Source of the DNA: Faecousia sp. | GTDB taxonomy: Bacteria > Bacillota > Clostridia > Oscillospirales > Oscillospiraceae | Reading direction: 5' to 3' | Assembly (NCBI GenBank): GCA_045588045.1 | Contig: JAZNDJ010000070.1 | Span: forward strand, 17,190 to 81,189 | Length of the DNA stretch: 64,000 bases | In this document: positions 1 through 10,154 of the stretch, piece by piece | Position numbering within the stretch: the stretch's first letter is position 1 | Layout: each line of letters starts with the position of its first letter | The notes under the pieces: model-generated | Seen by the model: the letters and a program-made list of their open reading frames with translations, nothing else | What the model was told of the DNA's origin: nothing | Database searches by the model: none | Program-made: the position numbers and the translations under genes

Positions 1-121
1 CAATGAGGCCGCGATCCGTCTATATGATCTGCTGGGGTTTCAGCAGGTCGGCAGGCGTCCGAATTATTATCATAATCCGAAAGAGGACGCACTGATTTTG
101 CGAAAGGAGTGGGAAGTATGA
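1..121 (+). CDS. rimI: Ribosomal-protein-alanine N-acetyltransferase, 3' end (partial)
   Basis: Frame from base 2 reads NEAAIRLYDLLGFQQVGRRPNYYHNPKEDALILRKEWEV*, a RimI C-terminal motif; stop overlaps tsaD ATG (ATGA). Confidence 0.85.
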   Translation, partial: NEAAIRLYDLLGFQQVGRRPNYYHNPKEDALILRKEWEV

Positions 122-1137
122 GAATATTGGCTGTCGAATCATCCTGCGATGAGACTGCTGTAGCCATTGTTGAAGATGGTCGAAGAGTGTTGACGGACTG
201 TATTGCTTCCCAGGTAGATCTGCATAGGATTTATGGCGGTGTGGTGCCGGAGATCGCCTCAAGAATGCATATTGAAGCGATCTATGGGTTGGCGGACCAG
301 GCGTTGATAGAGGCTGGGATGACGCGCCAGGACCTGGACGCGGTTGCGGTGACCTATGCACCGGGCCTTATCGGCGCGGTTTTGGTCGGCGTGAACTTTG
401 CAAAGGCTGCAGCACTTGCCTTAAACAAGCCGCTGATCCCTGTTCACCATATCCGAGGGCATATTGCTGCCAATTATTTGGCGCATCCTGATCTGAAGCC
501 TCCGTTTCTTTGCCTGGTGGTGTCTGGGGGACATACGATGCTTGTTGATGTTCAGGATTACACAAAAATGCAGATCCTTGGTACGACCCTGGATGACGCG
601 GCAGGGGAGTGCTTTGATAAAGTAGGCCGGGTTCTCGGTATGCCGTACCCCGGCGGTGCGGCACTGGACAAGGCAGCACAACTTGGTGACGAGCATAGGT
701 ATGAGCTGCCACGGTCCAAGCCGGGAGCGAATCCTTATGACATGAGTTTTTCCGGACTTAAGACTGCGACGATCAATCTGATCCACCATGCCCAGCAGGT
801 AGGTCAGCAGTTGGATATAAACAGTCTGTGTGCAGCTTTTTCCGCTGCTGTTTCCGATATGCTGATCCCCCGCGTTGCGGCGGCATTGGAGAAAACAGGC
901 TATAAGCAGTTGGCTGTGGCTGGCGGTGTTGCTGCAAATTCCAGAATCCGCAGTGACATCCTGAAGGTTGCCGATCAATACGGTGCAAAGGTTTACTTGC
1001 CGCCTCTTAATCTTTGCGGTGACAACGCCGCTATGATCGGTGCGCAGGCTTACTATGAGTTTTTGGCAGGGAACATCGGTGATATGGCGCTCAACGCCTA
1101 CGCAACCAAGACGATCCTGGGCGAAGCTGTGTCGTAA
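118..1137 (+). CDS. tsaD: tRNA N6-adenosine threonylcarbamoyltransferase
   Basis: ILAVESSCDETA, GGVVPEIASR, HHIRGH and DNAAMIG motifs; ATG at 118 after AAGGAG. Confidence 0.97.
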   Translation: MRILAVESSCDETAVAIVEDGRRVLTDCIASQVDLHRIYGGVVPEIASRMHIEAIYGLADQALIEAGMTRQDLDAVAVTYAPGLIGAVLVGVNFAKAAALALNKPLIPVHHIRGHIAANYLAHPDLKPPFLCLVVSGGHTMLVDVQDYTKMQILGTTLDDAAGECFDKVGRVLGMPYPGGAALDKAAQLGDEHRYELPRSKPGANPYDMSFSGLKTATINLIHHAQQVGQQLDINSLCAAFSAAVSDMLIPRVAAALEKTGYKQLAVAGGVAANSRIRSDILKVADQYGAKVYLPPLNLCGDNAAMIGAQAYYEFLAGNIGDMALNAYATKTILGEAVS

Positions 1138-1151
1138 AATGCAGGAGGTCA

Positions 1152-1178
1152 CAGCATTTCCTTCATATGCTGTTTTGA
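1152..1178 (+). terminator. Possible weak intrinsic terminator after tsaD
   Basis: ACAGCAT-loop-ATGCTGT followed by TTTG. Confidence 0.35.
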
Positions 1179-1304
1179 ATCCAAAATATACAGAATCAAC
1201 TGAATATATTTCAGCCCGCTTGTAGGCATGTTCTGTAAAAGTTTTCACTTGTCTGGTATTTTCCGCCAATTCTTAAGTTTTGAATGAATAGAATCGGTGC
1301 AACT

Positions 1305-1342
1305 TGTGGAAAAGTCTGTGGATTGTGTGCATAAGTGTATAA
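1305..1342. promoter_or_regulatory. Cluster of four DnaA-box-like 9-mers
   Basis: TGTGGAAAA 1305-1313, TGTGGATTG 1317-1325, TGTGCATAA 1326-1334, AGTGTATAA 1334-1342; same orientation, 0-2 mismatches to TGTGNATAA. Confidence 0.55.
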
Positions 1343-1488
1343 ATATTATGGTGATTATTCTCTTTGCAGTTTTTCTGATGATCCAATCTATGCTAAAAAC
1401 CAAACTTTTTCATTATAAAACTTTTAAAAAATGCTAGTATGCGGTATCATTTTTTCGTGGACACACAACCGATTTATGGGGGCAAACG

Positions 1489-2004
1489 ATGCTTTTAGTC
1501 GCAAATAAGATTTCTCAGATCGAGTTAGGGCAGCTTGCAGCTGTCTATGACGGACACATTCGGGAAACGGAAAGCCGGCTGCGAGATCCTCACGACCGCT
1601 CCGAACGGCTTCTTGCCGCCACGCAGAGCTTTTATGATTCTGTTCGGTTATTTTTTCGGGAACAGGATGCCGCCTATTATATCCTTAAGGACCGTGGAAG
1701 CTATGTAGCCGCCTTACGTGTCCAGGCGTATCAAGATGGCTTGCTCCTTTGCTGCCTGGAAACGCGGCCTGAGGCCCGGAGAAAGGGCTATGCAACGGCT
1801 CTTATGAGGCAGACAGTAAGCAGACTGAAGGAATTGGGCTATAAAAGAGTATATTCCCATGTTGACAGAAGGAATGTTCCTTCCTGTAGGGTTCATGAAG
1901 CCTGTGACTTTCGGGAGATATCTGACCATTCTGTGTTCCTGGACGGGACGGTCGATACCGGAAGCAGTACATTGTGCTTAGAATTAAAAGGAACACCGGC
2001 ATGA
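1489..2004 (+). CDS. GNAT family N-acetyltransferase
   Basis: LETRPEARRKGYAT acetyl-CoA motif A; NVPSCRVHEACDF motif B. Confidence 0.85.
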   Translation: MLLVANKISQIELGQLAAVYDGHIRETESRLRDPHDRSERLLAATQSFYDSVRLFFREQDAAYYILKDRGSYVAALRVQAYQDGLLLCCLETRPEARRKGYATALMRQTVSRLKELGYKRVYSHVDRRNVPSCRVHEACDFREISDHSVFLDGTVDTGSSTLCLELKGTPA

Positions 2005-2022
2005 TTGCCGGTGTTCCTTTTT

Positions 2023-2451
2023 TCAATAATGCTCTTTCATGTATACGATAGCCTGCCTGTATCCGTCAAGTCCCTGACCCTTGATGGTGTGCACACAAGC
2101 AAGACCCGCGTAGGAAATCTGACGGAAGGCTTCGCGAGAATCCACATCGGAGATATGGACCTCAACTGCCGGAATCCCAACAGCTTTCAGTGCGTCCAGG
2201 ATCGCAACAGATGTATGGGTATACGCAGCAGGATTGATCACGATCCCATCAAACCTTCCCAGTGCAGCCTGGATCTGGTCTACGATCGCGCCTTCATGAT
2301 TGGACTGAAACTGTTCGATGGTGACCTCGTACTCTTTTTCCCATTGCTTAAGCAAATTAAGCAGATCCTGGAATGTTTGTTTTCCGTAAATTCCCGGCTC
2401 CCGGATGCCCAGCATGTTAATATTGGGACCGTTGATAACAAGGATTTTCAA
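2023..2451 (-). CDS. aroQ: Type II 3-dehydroquinate dehydratase
   Basis: INGPNINMLGIREPGIYG, QSNHEG, NPAAYTHTS, EVHISD. Confidence 0.96.
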   Translation of the reverse strand: MKILVINGPNINMLGIREPGIYGKQTFQDLLNLLKQWEKEYEVTIEQFQSNHEGAIVDQIQAALGRFDGIVINPAAYTHTSVAILDALKAVGIPAVEVHISDVDSREAFRQISYAGLACVHTIKGQGLDGYRQAIVYMKEHY

Positions 2452-3680
2452 TTCTCTGTCCCTCCTGTCAGAATGGCTAAAATCTGATCGACCGCATCAG
2501 AAGCGGCACTGTTATTGCAGACGCGATAATCAGAGAAACGATCATATAGCGGCTGGCGGATGCGGTACATTTCATCCAGTGAATTAATCTGAGAGAGGGG
2601 ACGGCCCTCTTTTGGTAAAGTGGAAATATCCCTTTCCAACCAAATGATTTTGCTGTTTTGATGGAGTGCCCGGTAGTTTTCATCCACTGTTACACAGCCG
2701 CCACCGGTTGCGATCACAAGCCCGGATTGCTTTCCCAGATCCTGCAGTACTGCGGATTCAAGCTTCCGAAACTCGGATTCTCCATACCTGGCGAATATTT
2801 CGGGAATAGAGATTCCGGCTTTTTGGACAATTGCATCATCCGCATCAATAAAGGTCTTTCCCAGCTTCTCGGCAAGCAGCTTTCCAACGGTGCTCTTTCC
2901 GGATCCCGGCATACCGATCAGCGAGATATTCTCTGTTTCCAGGCACATTGTCTGGTAAATCTGTGTGATCATGCTGTCCGAAACCGTGGCACCTGTAAAC
3001 CATTCGGAACTCTCCTTTGCCTGCGCCACCAGCATCAGCAGGCCATTTTCAGTAATAAGCCCGCGGCTTTCTGCTGCTTGCAGCAGAGCAGTTCTTGCAG
3101 GATTGTATATTAAATCAAGAACGCATTCCAGTTCAGGGAATACAGATATGTCCACAAGACACCCATCGGTATTGGGAAACATACCAACCGGTGTCGCATT
3201 CACAAGAATGGCGGCATCCGTGTGACGGTCTAAATTACTGTAGTTGTTTTCGCCGCTTCGGGATATCACGACGGCTTTAGCACCGTATGACTGCAGTGCT
3301 GCTACAACAGTCGCGGAGGCACCGCCGCTGCCGAGCACCAATGCCTTTTTTCCGGAGACGGATACCCCACTGTGCCGAATCATTGTGCAGAAACCAAAAT
3401 AGTCAGTGTTATGTCCGATCAAGCTTCCGTCAGTTTTTCGAACGATCGTATTGACCGCACCCAGCATTTTTGCAGCAGGTGACAGTTCATCGCAATAGGG
3501 GATTACAGCCTTCTTATAAGGAATGGTGACATTTAGACCTGTGAAGCTACCGCTATATAAAAATGCCTCCAAATCTTCTGGCTCTTTTTCATATAGGTCG
3601 TAATCATATCCACCCAGCAACCGGTGAATCCGGGGCGAGTAACTGTGGCCGAGCTTGCGGCCAAGCAAACCGCAGCGCAT
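2448..3680 (-). CDS. aroE: Shikimate dehydrogenase-shikimate kinase fusion (AroE-AroK)
   Basis: N-half HSYSP, NVTIPYK, GAVNT, NTDYFG; C-half GMPGSGKS P-loop and IATGGG. Confidence 0.93.
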   Translation of the reverse strand: MRCGLLGRKLGHSYSPRIHRLLGGYDYDLYEKEPEDLEAFLYSGSFTGLNVTIPYKKAVIPYCDELSPAAKMLGAVNTIVRKTDGSLIGHNTDYFGFCTMIRHSGVSVSGKKALVLGSGGASATVVAALQSYGAKAVVISRSGENNYSNLDRHTDAAILVNATPVGMFPNTDGCLVDISVFPELECVLDLIYNPARTALLQAAESRGLITENGLLMLVAQAKESSEWFTGATVSDSMITQIYQTMCLETENISLIGMPGSGKSTVGKLLAEKLGKTFIDADDAIVQKAGISIPEIFARYGESEFRKLESAVLQDLGKQSGLVIATGGGCVTVDENYRALHQNSKIIWLERDISTLPKEGRPLSQINSLDEMYRIRQPLYDRFSDYRVCNNSAASDAVDQILAILTGGTEN

Positions 3681-4822
3681 CAGACTACCTCGGAGTAGCT
3701 ACCCAAATACTTGAATTCCTCGCACAGATCATCCAATTCGCACATAAGCTGCACAAATTCCTCGGAGTAGATGGATGTTTCCAGATCAAAGTAGAACATG
3801 AACTCAAAGTCTCTGTCGGGAATGGGTCTGGACTCCAGCTTGATTACATTGATCCCAAGCACATACATCCTGGCCAATACCTTGTATAGAGCACCGGGCT
3901 TGTGGGACAGAATCATCATGATGCTCGTCTTATCGGAGCCGGGATAGATCTCAAGATTTTTGCTGATGCAAATAAAGCGGGTACGGTTATTTCCTTCATC
4001 CTGCACATTTGCGGCCAGGCAAGTAAGCCCATACAGCTCCTCACAGGTACGGCTTGACAGGGCTGCTACATCGGTCCTTCCGGACTTAGCTACCATGCTC
4101 GCGGCAACGGCGGTATTCTCCACAGGAATGATCTTCGCATTTGGGAATTCCTTGAGGAACTCGCTGCACTGGTTGATTGCCTGCTCGTGGGAATAGATCT
4201 CGGTAATGCCGGCTTTGGTTGCGCCCGGTAATGCCAGCAGATTGTGATTGACCTTCAGCCGGAAGGTGCGGACGATGGAGAAATTGTGGTTGATCATTAA
4301 ATCGTACACCTTTTTCACAGAGCCGGCGGTGGAGTTCTCGATGGGCAGGATTCCGTATTGGCAGAGGCCTTGTTCGATGGCATTGAATATCCCGTCAAAA
4401 TTCTTGAAGTACATAATAAAGGGTGATTTAAAGATTTTCTCACAGGCGATCTGCGCGTAAGCTCCCTCAACACCCTGACAGGCAACCATAGGCGCTTGGG
4501 GGAACAGTTTGGGCGTGTTTTCAATGGAGTCGGTGATTTTTTTGTAGAGAGCTGTGACCTCAGTATTGCATTTGCTCTGATAGCTTCTGCTTAGCTCAAA
4601 CAGCATGGAATACAGGACCCTGGCGTAATTTGCCATATCCGGGCCAGCCTTTTGGGCAACATCCTGCAGGATCTCCCGCTCACGGGCAGGTACGTAAATA
4701 GGTAGATTATGCTCCTTTTTGTATTGCGCCACTTGTGCGGAAATGTTCATACGCGCCGCAAACAGTTTAACAAGCTCTGCGTCAATCGTATCAATTTCGT
4801 TTCTAAGTTGTGTCAGGTCCAT
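3680..4822 (-). CDS. pheA: Chorismate mutase/prephenate dehydratase with ACT domain
   Basis: LRNEIDTID chorismate mutase helix; PIENS, SHEQAINQC, NRTRF; KLESRP ACT motif. Confidence 0.95.
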   Translation of the reverse strand: MDLTQLRNEIDTIDAELVKLFAARMNISAQVAQYKKEHNLPIYVPAREREILQDVAQKAGPDMANYARVLYSMLFELSRSYQSKCNTEVTALYKKITDSIENTPKLFPQAPMVACQGVEGAYAQIACEKIFKSPFIMYFKNFDGIFNAIEQGLCQYGILPIENSTAGSVKKVYDLMINHNFSIVRTFRLKVNHNLLALPGATKAGITEIYSHEQAINQCSEFLKEFPNAKIIPVENTAVAASMVAKSGRTDVAALSSRTCEELYGLTCLAANVQDEGNNRTRFICISKNLEIYPGSDKTSIMMILSHKPGALYKVLARMYVLGINVIKLESRPIPDRDFEFMFYFDLETSIYSEEFVQLMCELDDLCEEFKYLGSYSEVV

Positions 4823-4824
4823 AC

Positions 4825-5916
4825 TTAAGACTCCTTTTGTGTGCGGTACGATAAGTACGCGTCAAATACTGCAATGGCGGCGGCAGCCTCTATGACCGGG
4901 ACTGCCCGGACAACGATGCACGGATCGTGGCGGCCCTGTATCTGCAGCATAGTTGGCTCGTTTGCGCAGAGAGAAACTGTCTGCTGAGGCTTTGCAATAG
5001 AGGGCGTCGGCTTGATCCCAACCTGGAAGATCAGGGGCATACCGTTTGTGATGCCGCCGAGAATGCCACCGGAGAAATTTGTTAGTGTCTCGATGTTTCC
5101 ATCTATGACGGAATAGGCATCGTTGTTCTGACTACCGAGAAGGTAGCTGCCCCCAAAACCAGAGCCGAACTCCAACCCCTTAACTGCCGGTATCCCGTAA
5201 ACGATCTGAGCGATCCGGCTTTCCATGCCATCGAACATTGGGTCACCCAAGCCGGCAGGCAACCCGGTCACAAAGCATTCGATCATGCCGCCGACGCTGT
5301 CGCCATCTCTCTTAGCGTCATCAATGGCAGCCTTCATTTCATCACCGGCTTCCTGGTTAATTACAGGAAATTCTGTTCCGATCAGCGAAAGATCCGGATG
5401 AAGGCGGTCCAGTAAGACAGGTTCATCTGCAATACCGGCGATCATGCTGATTCGGGCAGCAATCTGAATGCCGTACCTCTCCAGCCACTGTTTGCATAGC
5501 CCTCCGGCAACACACAGGGGTGCTGTGAGTCTTCCGGAAAAATGCCCGCCACCGGCAACATCCTGATAGCCGCCGTACTTAATGTGTGCTGTGTAATCGG
5601 CATGGCCCGGCCGTGGACGGTCCTTCAGAGTCTCATAATCACCGGAACGGGTGTTGGTGTTCCGAATCGTCGCGGCGATTGGTGCACCGCAGGTATATCC
5701 GTTAACAATGCCCGCCAGTATTTCCGGAATGTCCACTTCTTTCCTGGTGGTGGATTGACTGTTTTGACCGGGTGCGCGGCGATTCAGAAATTTCTGCAAC
5801 GCATCTATGTCGACCGGTAGTCCGGCAGGAACGCCGTCCATGGTCATGCCAATGGCGGTGCCGTGGGATTGACCGAAGATGGACAGCTTTAGAATATTAC
5901 CGTAAGTACTGCTCAT
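4825..5916 (-). CDS. aroC: Chorismate synthase
   Basis: GQSHG, PRPGHAD, SGRLTA, GRHDPC. Confidence 0.97.
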   Translation of the reverse strand: MSSTYGNILKLSIFGQSHGTAIGMTMDGVPAGLPVDIDALQKFLNRRAPGQNSQSTTRKEVDIPEILAGIVNGYTCGAPIAATIRNTNTRSGDYETLKDRPRPGHADYTAHIKYGGYQDVAGGGHFSGRLTAPLCVAGGLCKQWLERYGIQIAARISMIAGIADEPVLLDRLHPDLSLIGTEFPVINQEAGDEMKAAIDDAKRDGDSVGGMIECFVTGLPAGLGDPMFDGMESRIAQIVYGIPAVKGLEFGSGFGGSYLLGSQNNDAYSVIDGNIETLTNFSGGILGGITNGMPLIFQVGIKPTPSIAKPQQTVSLCANEPTMLQIQGRHDPCIVVRAVPVIEAAAAIAVFDAYLSYRTQKES

Positions 5917-7093
5917 AACGTCCTCCTAACTGCCTATAAACGTCCCAAAAAATGGGATAGGATTTTTCGACACATTCCGCGCCAATAATGGTAACAGGGC
6001 CCTGTGCTACAGTTGCTGCAATGGCGGCAGACATGGCGATGCGATGGTCGCCTGCTGCGTCCACAATGCACCCGGAAAATGCAGCAGGAAAAACTTCCAT
6101 TTCGTTTTCATCCGTACGTACTTCTGCACCAAGCCTTTGCAGCATGGATGCAACGGAGGCGACCCGGTCCGATTCCTTTATCCGAAGCCGTCGGATGTTT
6201 GTAAATTTTGCGCCGTTGGTAGTGGCTGCCACCACAGACAGAATTGGCACAAGATCCGGAATATCCGAAGCATCGATGGTACAGGTCTGGATCAATTCTG
6301 GGAGAAGCCTTGCTACGGCCTTATCACCCTGGCAGGAGTCCGGGTCCAGACCGCAGATATCCAACTGACTTCCTAGTGCGCTTGCTGCCAAGAAAAATGC
6401 ACCGTTGCTCCAGTCACCTTCCACGAAAAGCCGTCCGGGGGACCGGAATGGATACACATTGGAAATGCAAGACAGGTCAACACAAACGCCAAAGGCGGAT
6501 AACGCCTTTTTCGTCATTTCGATATACGGAGCCGATTCGATCTTTCCGGTAATCTGAAGTCTGGACTCGCCGTGAATCAGCGGCAGCGCAAAGAGCAAGC
6601 CGGAAATAAATTGGCTGGAAATATTGCCTGCAATGATATAATTGCCTGCTCTAAGTCGTCCCCGACAGGATATTGTATGTTCGGTGGGTCTTGCAAGGAT
6701 GCAGCCCATCCGTTCCATTTCCTCCCACAGAGGGGAGAGGGGACGGTAGGGGAGTCGCCCCTCCAAATGAAAGACTGCATCCACCCCAAGGGCACCGACT
6801 ACAGGTAGCATAAAACGCAGGGTCGAGCCGCTCTCATGGCAGTGTAATTCTGCTTTCCTTGGAAATGCTGTGATCGGTTCAACAATATAACCATCCGATG
6901 TTCGACGGATCCGTGCACCCAAGGCACGAAGACAGTCTGCTGTGGCTTCGATATCCTGATTGGTATCTGGGCAGATCAGCTCTGTCAGACCATCTGCAAA
7001 TGCTGCACAGATCAAATAGCGGTGTGCCTGGGATTTGGACGGTATGATATTTACTGTACCCCGTAATAGACCGGGATAGATCGTGATATCCAT
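5897..7093 (-). CDS. aroA: EPSP synthase
   Basis: PSKSQAHR, ESGSTLRF, SSQFISG, LRIKESDR, DHRIAM, KSYP. Confidence 0.96.
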   Translation of the reverse strand: MDITIYPGLLRGTVNIIPSKSQAHRYLICAAFADGLTELICPDTNQDIEATADCLRALGARIRRTSDGYIVEPITAFPRKAELHCHESGSTLRFMLPVVGALGVDAVFHLEGRLPYRPLSPLWEEMERMGCILARPTEHTISCRGRLRAGNYIIAGNISSQFISGLLFALPLIHGESRLQITGKIESAPYIEMTKKALSAFGVCVDLSCISNVYPFRSPGRLFVEGDWSNGAFFLAASALGSQLDICGLDPDSCQGDKAVARLLPELIQTCTIDASDIPDLVPILSVVAATTNGAKFTNIRRLRIKESDRVASVASMLQRLGAEVRTDENEMEVFPAAFSGCIVDAAGDHRIAMSAAIAATVAQGPVTIIGAECVEKSYPIFWDVYRQLGGRYEQYLR

Positions 7094-7095
7094 AA

Positions 7096-8148
7096 TTATA
7101 ATCCTGCTTCAATAATAGATTGCAGATCGCTGACAGGTGTGGGCATGATCGCGCAGTTGCCGATATCCTTTGGGATGATCAAATTGACATGACCACCGGA
7201 ACGCTTTTTGTCCGATAGGGCACAATCATACAGCATTTGCGCAGAATAGGAAGTGGTTACAGGCAGATCGAATTTCTTAAGTACACCAACGGTCTGCTGA
7301 AGAAGATCTTCGGTGCACAAACCTCTGGCACATGCGCTTTTTGCGATAATGGACATGCCTATGGCTACTGCTTTGCCGTGTGAGACCGTATAGTTGCTGC
7401 AGGCTTCAATGCCGTGGCCCACTGTGTGGCCCAAATTCAGCATTTGCCGTGCGCCTGTGTCAAACTCATCATTTGCAACCACGTCCCGTTTCAGAGCCAC
7501 ACAGCGGCTGATAACATATTCTCTGTCAAACGAAACGCCGTTGTCGGCCAAATGCGTGAATAGCTGCGTATCATAAAGAATGCCGTATTTGATGACCTCT
7601 GCACAGCCGTCCCGAAATACCTCATCAGGTAAGGACTTCAAGGTGTCAATATCACAGATTACCAGGTTGGGCTGGTAAAATGCGCCGGCAAGATTCTTTC
7701 CTGCAGGCAGATCGATGGCAGTTTTTCCACCTACAGAGGAATCCACCATAGACAGTAGGGAGGTGGGCACCTGTACACATGCAACGCCCCGCAGATATGT
7801 TGCCGCGGCGAATCCCGTGATATCTCCTACCACGCCGCCGCCCAAAGCGATCAAAATATCCGAACGGGAAAGCCGGTTGTCTGCCAAGAAGTTCAGGATT
7901 TCCAAATAAGTACGACCGTTCTTACTGGCTTCACCTGCTGGGAATACAAACTTGCAGCATTCAAATCCTGCCGAAGACAGTGCTTCACGGACCGAGGTGC
8001 CATAAATAGGCCATACGTTGCTGTCGCTTATGATCGCCGCTTTTTTTGCAGCGGTTACCTCTCGGGTCAACATACCGATCTGCGCCAGCAGATCCGTGCC
8101 AATCAGCACATCGTATTGTTTTGACGCGCAGACAGTGATGGTTTTCAT
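7096..8148 (-). CDS. aroB: 3-dehydroquinate synthase
   Basis: GGGVVGD, DSSVGGKT, AEVIKY, LNLGHT. Confidence 0.97.
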   Translation of the reverse strand: MKTITVCASKQYDVLIGTDLLAQIGMLTREVTAAKKAAIISDSNVWPIYGTSVREALSSAGFECCKFVFPAGEASKNGRTYLEILNFLADNRLSRSDILIALGGGVVGDITGFAAATYLRGVACVQVPTSLLSMVDSSVGGKTAIDLPAGKNLAGAFYQPNLVICDIDTLKSLPDEVFRDGCAEVIKYGILYDTQLFTHLADNGVSFDREYVISRCVALKRDVVANDEFDTGARQMLNLGHTVGHGIEACSNYTVSHGKAVAIGMSIIAKSACARGLCTEDLLQQTVGVLKKFDLPVTTSYSAQMLYDCALSDKKRSGGHVNLIIPKDIGNCAIMPTPVSDLQSIIEAGL

Positions 8149-8975
8149 CCGTCAACTTCCTCCTTGCGTTTTCTGCCCTCATCCAGCAACCGGATCAGAT
8201 ACTGGGCATCTTCACGTTCGATCGCGTCTTTGTAGCAATTTAAGCTTTTAATAAACAGGTCCAGCTCATAAAGCAGATTTTCTTTGTTGGAGAGGAATAG
8301 TTCCGACCACATCTCTGGGTTCAGCCACGCAACACGGGTCAGATCCTTGTAGCTACCTGCGGAAAAACCGTTGTGCGAAAGAGCTGTAGGGGATTTAATA
8401 AATGCATTGCTGACAATGTGAGGCATTTGCGATGTAAACGCAATCATTTCGTCATGCGCTTCGGCCGTTGTCACAGAGATGGATTTAAATCCACAGGGTG
8501 CCAGTGCATCCTTTACCCGCTGCAAAAGGTCTGGGTCATCATATCGGGGCGGTACGATGACCATTGGAGCTCCTTGGAAAAGGTTAGATCTGCTGTACTT
8601 GAAGCCGGAGTGGTGCGAGCCTGCCATGGGGTGTCCGCCCACAAAAGTGAAACCAAATCGTTCGGCTACAGGAAAACACCGACGGCATACTTCGGTTTTA
8701 ATTCCGCAGCAGTCAATGACCAGCGCACCTATACTGATGTACTTTCCGTTTTCTTCAAGCCATGTGGCGGATGCGTCTGAATAGATCGATAGCAGGATCA
8801 GATCACACATGCCGATATTGCTGCTGTCTAAGCTGCCATGCACGGCACCGGCAAGCTGGGCAAAGCCAAGCATACTCTCATCACGTTCGCAGGCATAGAC
8901 CGTATGGCCGGCTTTTGCATAGGCCCGGGCAAGAGAACCACCGATCAGTCCCAGGCCTAAAATTCCCACGTTCAT
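8145..8975 (-). CDS. tyrA: Prephenate dehydrogenase
   Basis: GLGLIGGS Rossmann motif, GGHPMAG, HD...TSQMPH, DLTRVA. Confidence 0.94.
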   Translation of the reverse strand: MNVGILGLGLIGGSLARAYAKAGHTVYACERDESMLGFAQLAGAVHGSLDSSNIGMCDLILLSIYSDASATWLEENGKYISIGALVIDCCGIKTEVCRRCFPVAERFGFTFVGGHPMAGSHHSGFKYSRSNLFQGAPMVIVPPRYDDPDLLQRVKDALAPCGFKSISVTTAEAHDEMIAFTSQMPHIVSNAFIKSPTALSHNGFSAGSYKDLTRVAWLNPEMWSELFLSNKENLLYELDLFIKSLNCYKDAIEREDAQYLIRLLDEGRKRKEEVDG

Positions 8976-9973
8976 CGGACTGCCTCCCGAACCTTCATTA
9001 CAGACTGGTTCAACTGGGAAAACTGGGCGGGCGTAATCGACTGTGCACCGTCACACAGTGCGCAGGATGGGTTGTTATGGACCTCAATCATCAGTCCATC
9101 TGTGCCGCAGGCAGCGGCAGCCATGGCCATCGAGGGGACAAGGGAGGCCTTGCCGGTGGCGTGGCTGGGATCCACAATAACAGGCAGGTGTGTCAGTTCA
9201 TGTAAAACGGGTACTGCAGACAGGTCTAGCGTGTTCCGCGTATAGTTTTCATAAGTCCGTATTCCGCGCTCACACAGAATAATGTTTTCGTTGCCCTCAC
9301 TCATGATGTATTCCGCACTCATGAGAAGTTCTTGCAGTGTGTTAGCCAACCCGCGCTTGAGAAGCACAGGCTTTTTAGTTTTGCCAAGCTCCTGTAGTAG
9401 GTCAAAGTTCTGCATATTTCTTGCACCGACCTGAATGATATCTACATGTTCAAAGCTGTCCAATGTCCGAATGTTCATGATTTCTGTAATGATCGGCATT
9501 CCGGTTGCTCTTTTTGCCTCAAGCAAAAGGCGCAGGCCTTCTTCCTTCAGTCCCTGGAAAGCATAAGGTGAGGTGCGGGGTTTATAGGCACCGCCGCGTA
9601 AAATATGTGCGCCTGCTGCTTTGACGGCCTGGGCAATGCCAACGATCTGATCCTCGGATTCCACGGAGCACGGTCCGGCGATCATAGCAAAATGACCGCC
9701 ACCGATCTTGACACCGGCAACGTCGATCACACTGTCGTTGGGATGGAATTTTCTGTTAGCCTGCTTAAATGGTTCTGAGACACGCTTCACACTTTCAACG
9801 ATCTCAAGACTGCTCAGAAGCTCCATGTCGACCCGACTCGTATCGCCCACAAGACCGAGTACGGTGATCTCCTGACCGGTTGACATATGAACATCCAAAT
9901 TCATGTTTTTTAGCCACGCAATTAGGTGGTTCGTTTGCTCAGGGGTTGTTCCTCTTTTTAATACAGCGATCAT
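8972..9973 (-). CDS. aroF: DAHP synthase (type I-beta, with N-terminal regulatory domain)
   Basis: IAGPCSVE, GGAYKPRTSPY, GARNMQN, DPSH; ATG at 9973 after AGGAGG. Confidence 0.96.
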   Translation of the reverse strand: MIAVLKRGTTPEQTNHLIAWLKNMNLDVHMSTGQEITVLGLVGDTSRVDMELLSSLEIVESVKRVSEPFKQANRKFHPNDSVIDVAGVKIGGGHFAMIAGPCSVESEDQIVGIAQAVKAAGAHILRGGAYKPRTSPYAFQGLKEEGLRLLLEAKRATGMPIITEIMNIRTLDSFEHVDIIQVGARNMQNFDLLQELGKTKKPVLLKRGLANTLQELLMSAEYIMSEGNENIILCERGIRTYENYTRNTLDLSAVPVLHELTHLPVIVDPSHATGKASLVPSMAMAAAACGTDGLMIEVHNNPSCALCDGAQSITPAQFSQLNQSVMKVREAVR

Positions 9974-9986
9974 AGCAGGTCCTCCT

Positions 9987-10022
9987 AAAAAACAAAGCCG
10001 CACAGAAACGATCCTGTGCGGC
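9987..10022 (-). terminator. Attenuator terminator of the aro operon leader
   Basis: Minus strand GCCGCACAG-loop-CTGTGCGGC-TTTGTTTTTT immediately upstream of the aroF RBS. Confidence 0.88.
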
Positions 10023-10066
10023 GGTTATAGTACAATACCGGGTAATCCTTGCAGCACAAATCGCTA

Positions 10067-10126
10067 TTACTTTTTCGTGGTAAAAAAGTAATAGTAGCTA
10101 AAATACCGTGCAGCAAAAGACTTCAT
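10067..10126 (-). CDS. Phe/Tyr-rich leader peptide MKSFAARYFSYYYFFTTKK (19 aa)
   Basis: Hand translation; 4 Phe + 4 Tyr codons, 7 of them in codons 8-15; GGGGG RBS; lies between the promoter and the terminator. Confidence 0.88.
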   Translation of the reverse strand: MKSFAARYFSYYYFFTTKK

Positions 10127-10154
10127 AATTTAGCCCCCATTTAGAATTTCTTAC

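Noticed and set aside
2448-3680. AroE-AroK fusion as a novelty
   Set aside because: A well-known fusion in gut Clostridia.
9975-10140. T-box upstream of aroF
   Set aside because: No GGTGGNACC T-box or stem I motifs; the leader-peptide model explains the region.
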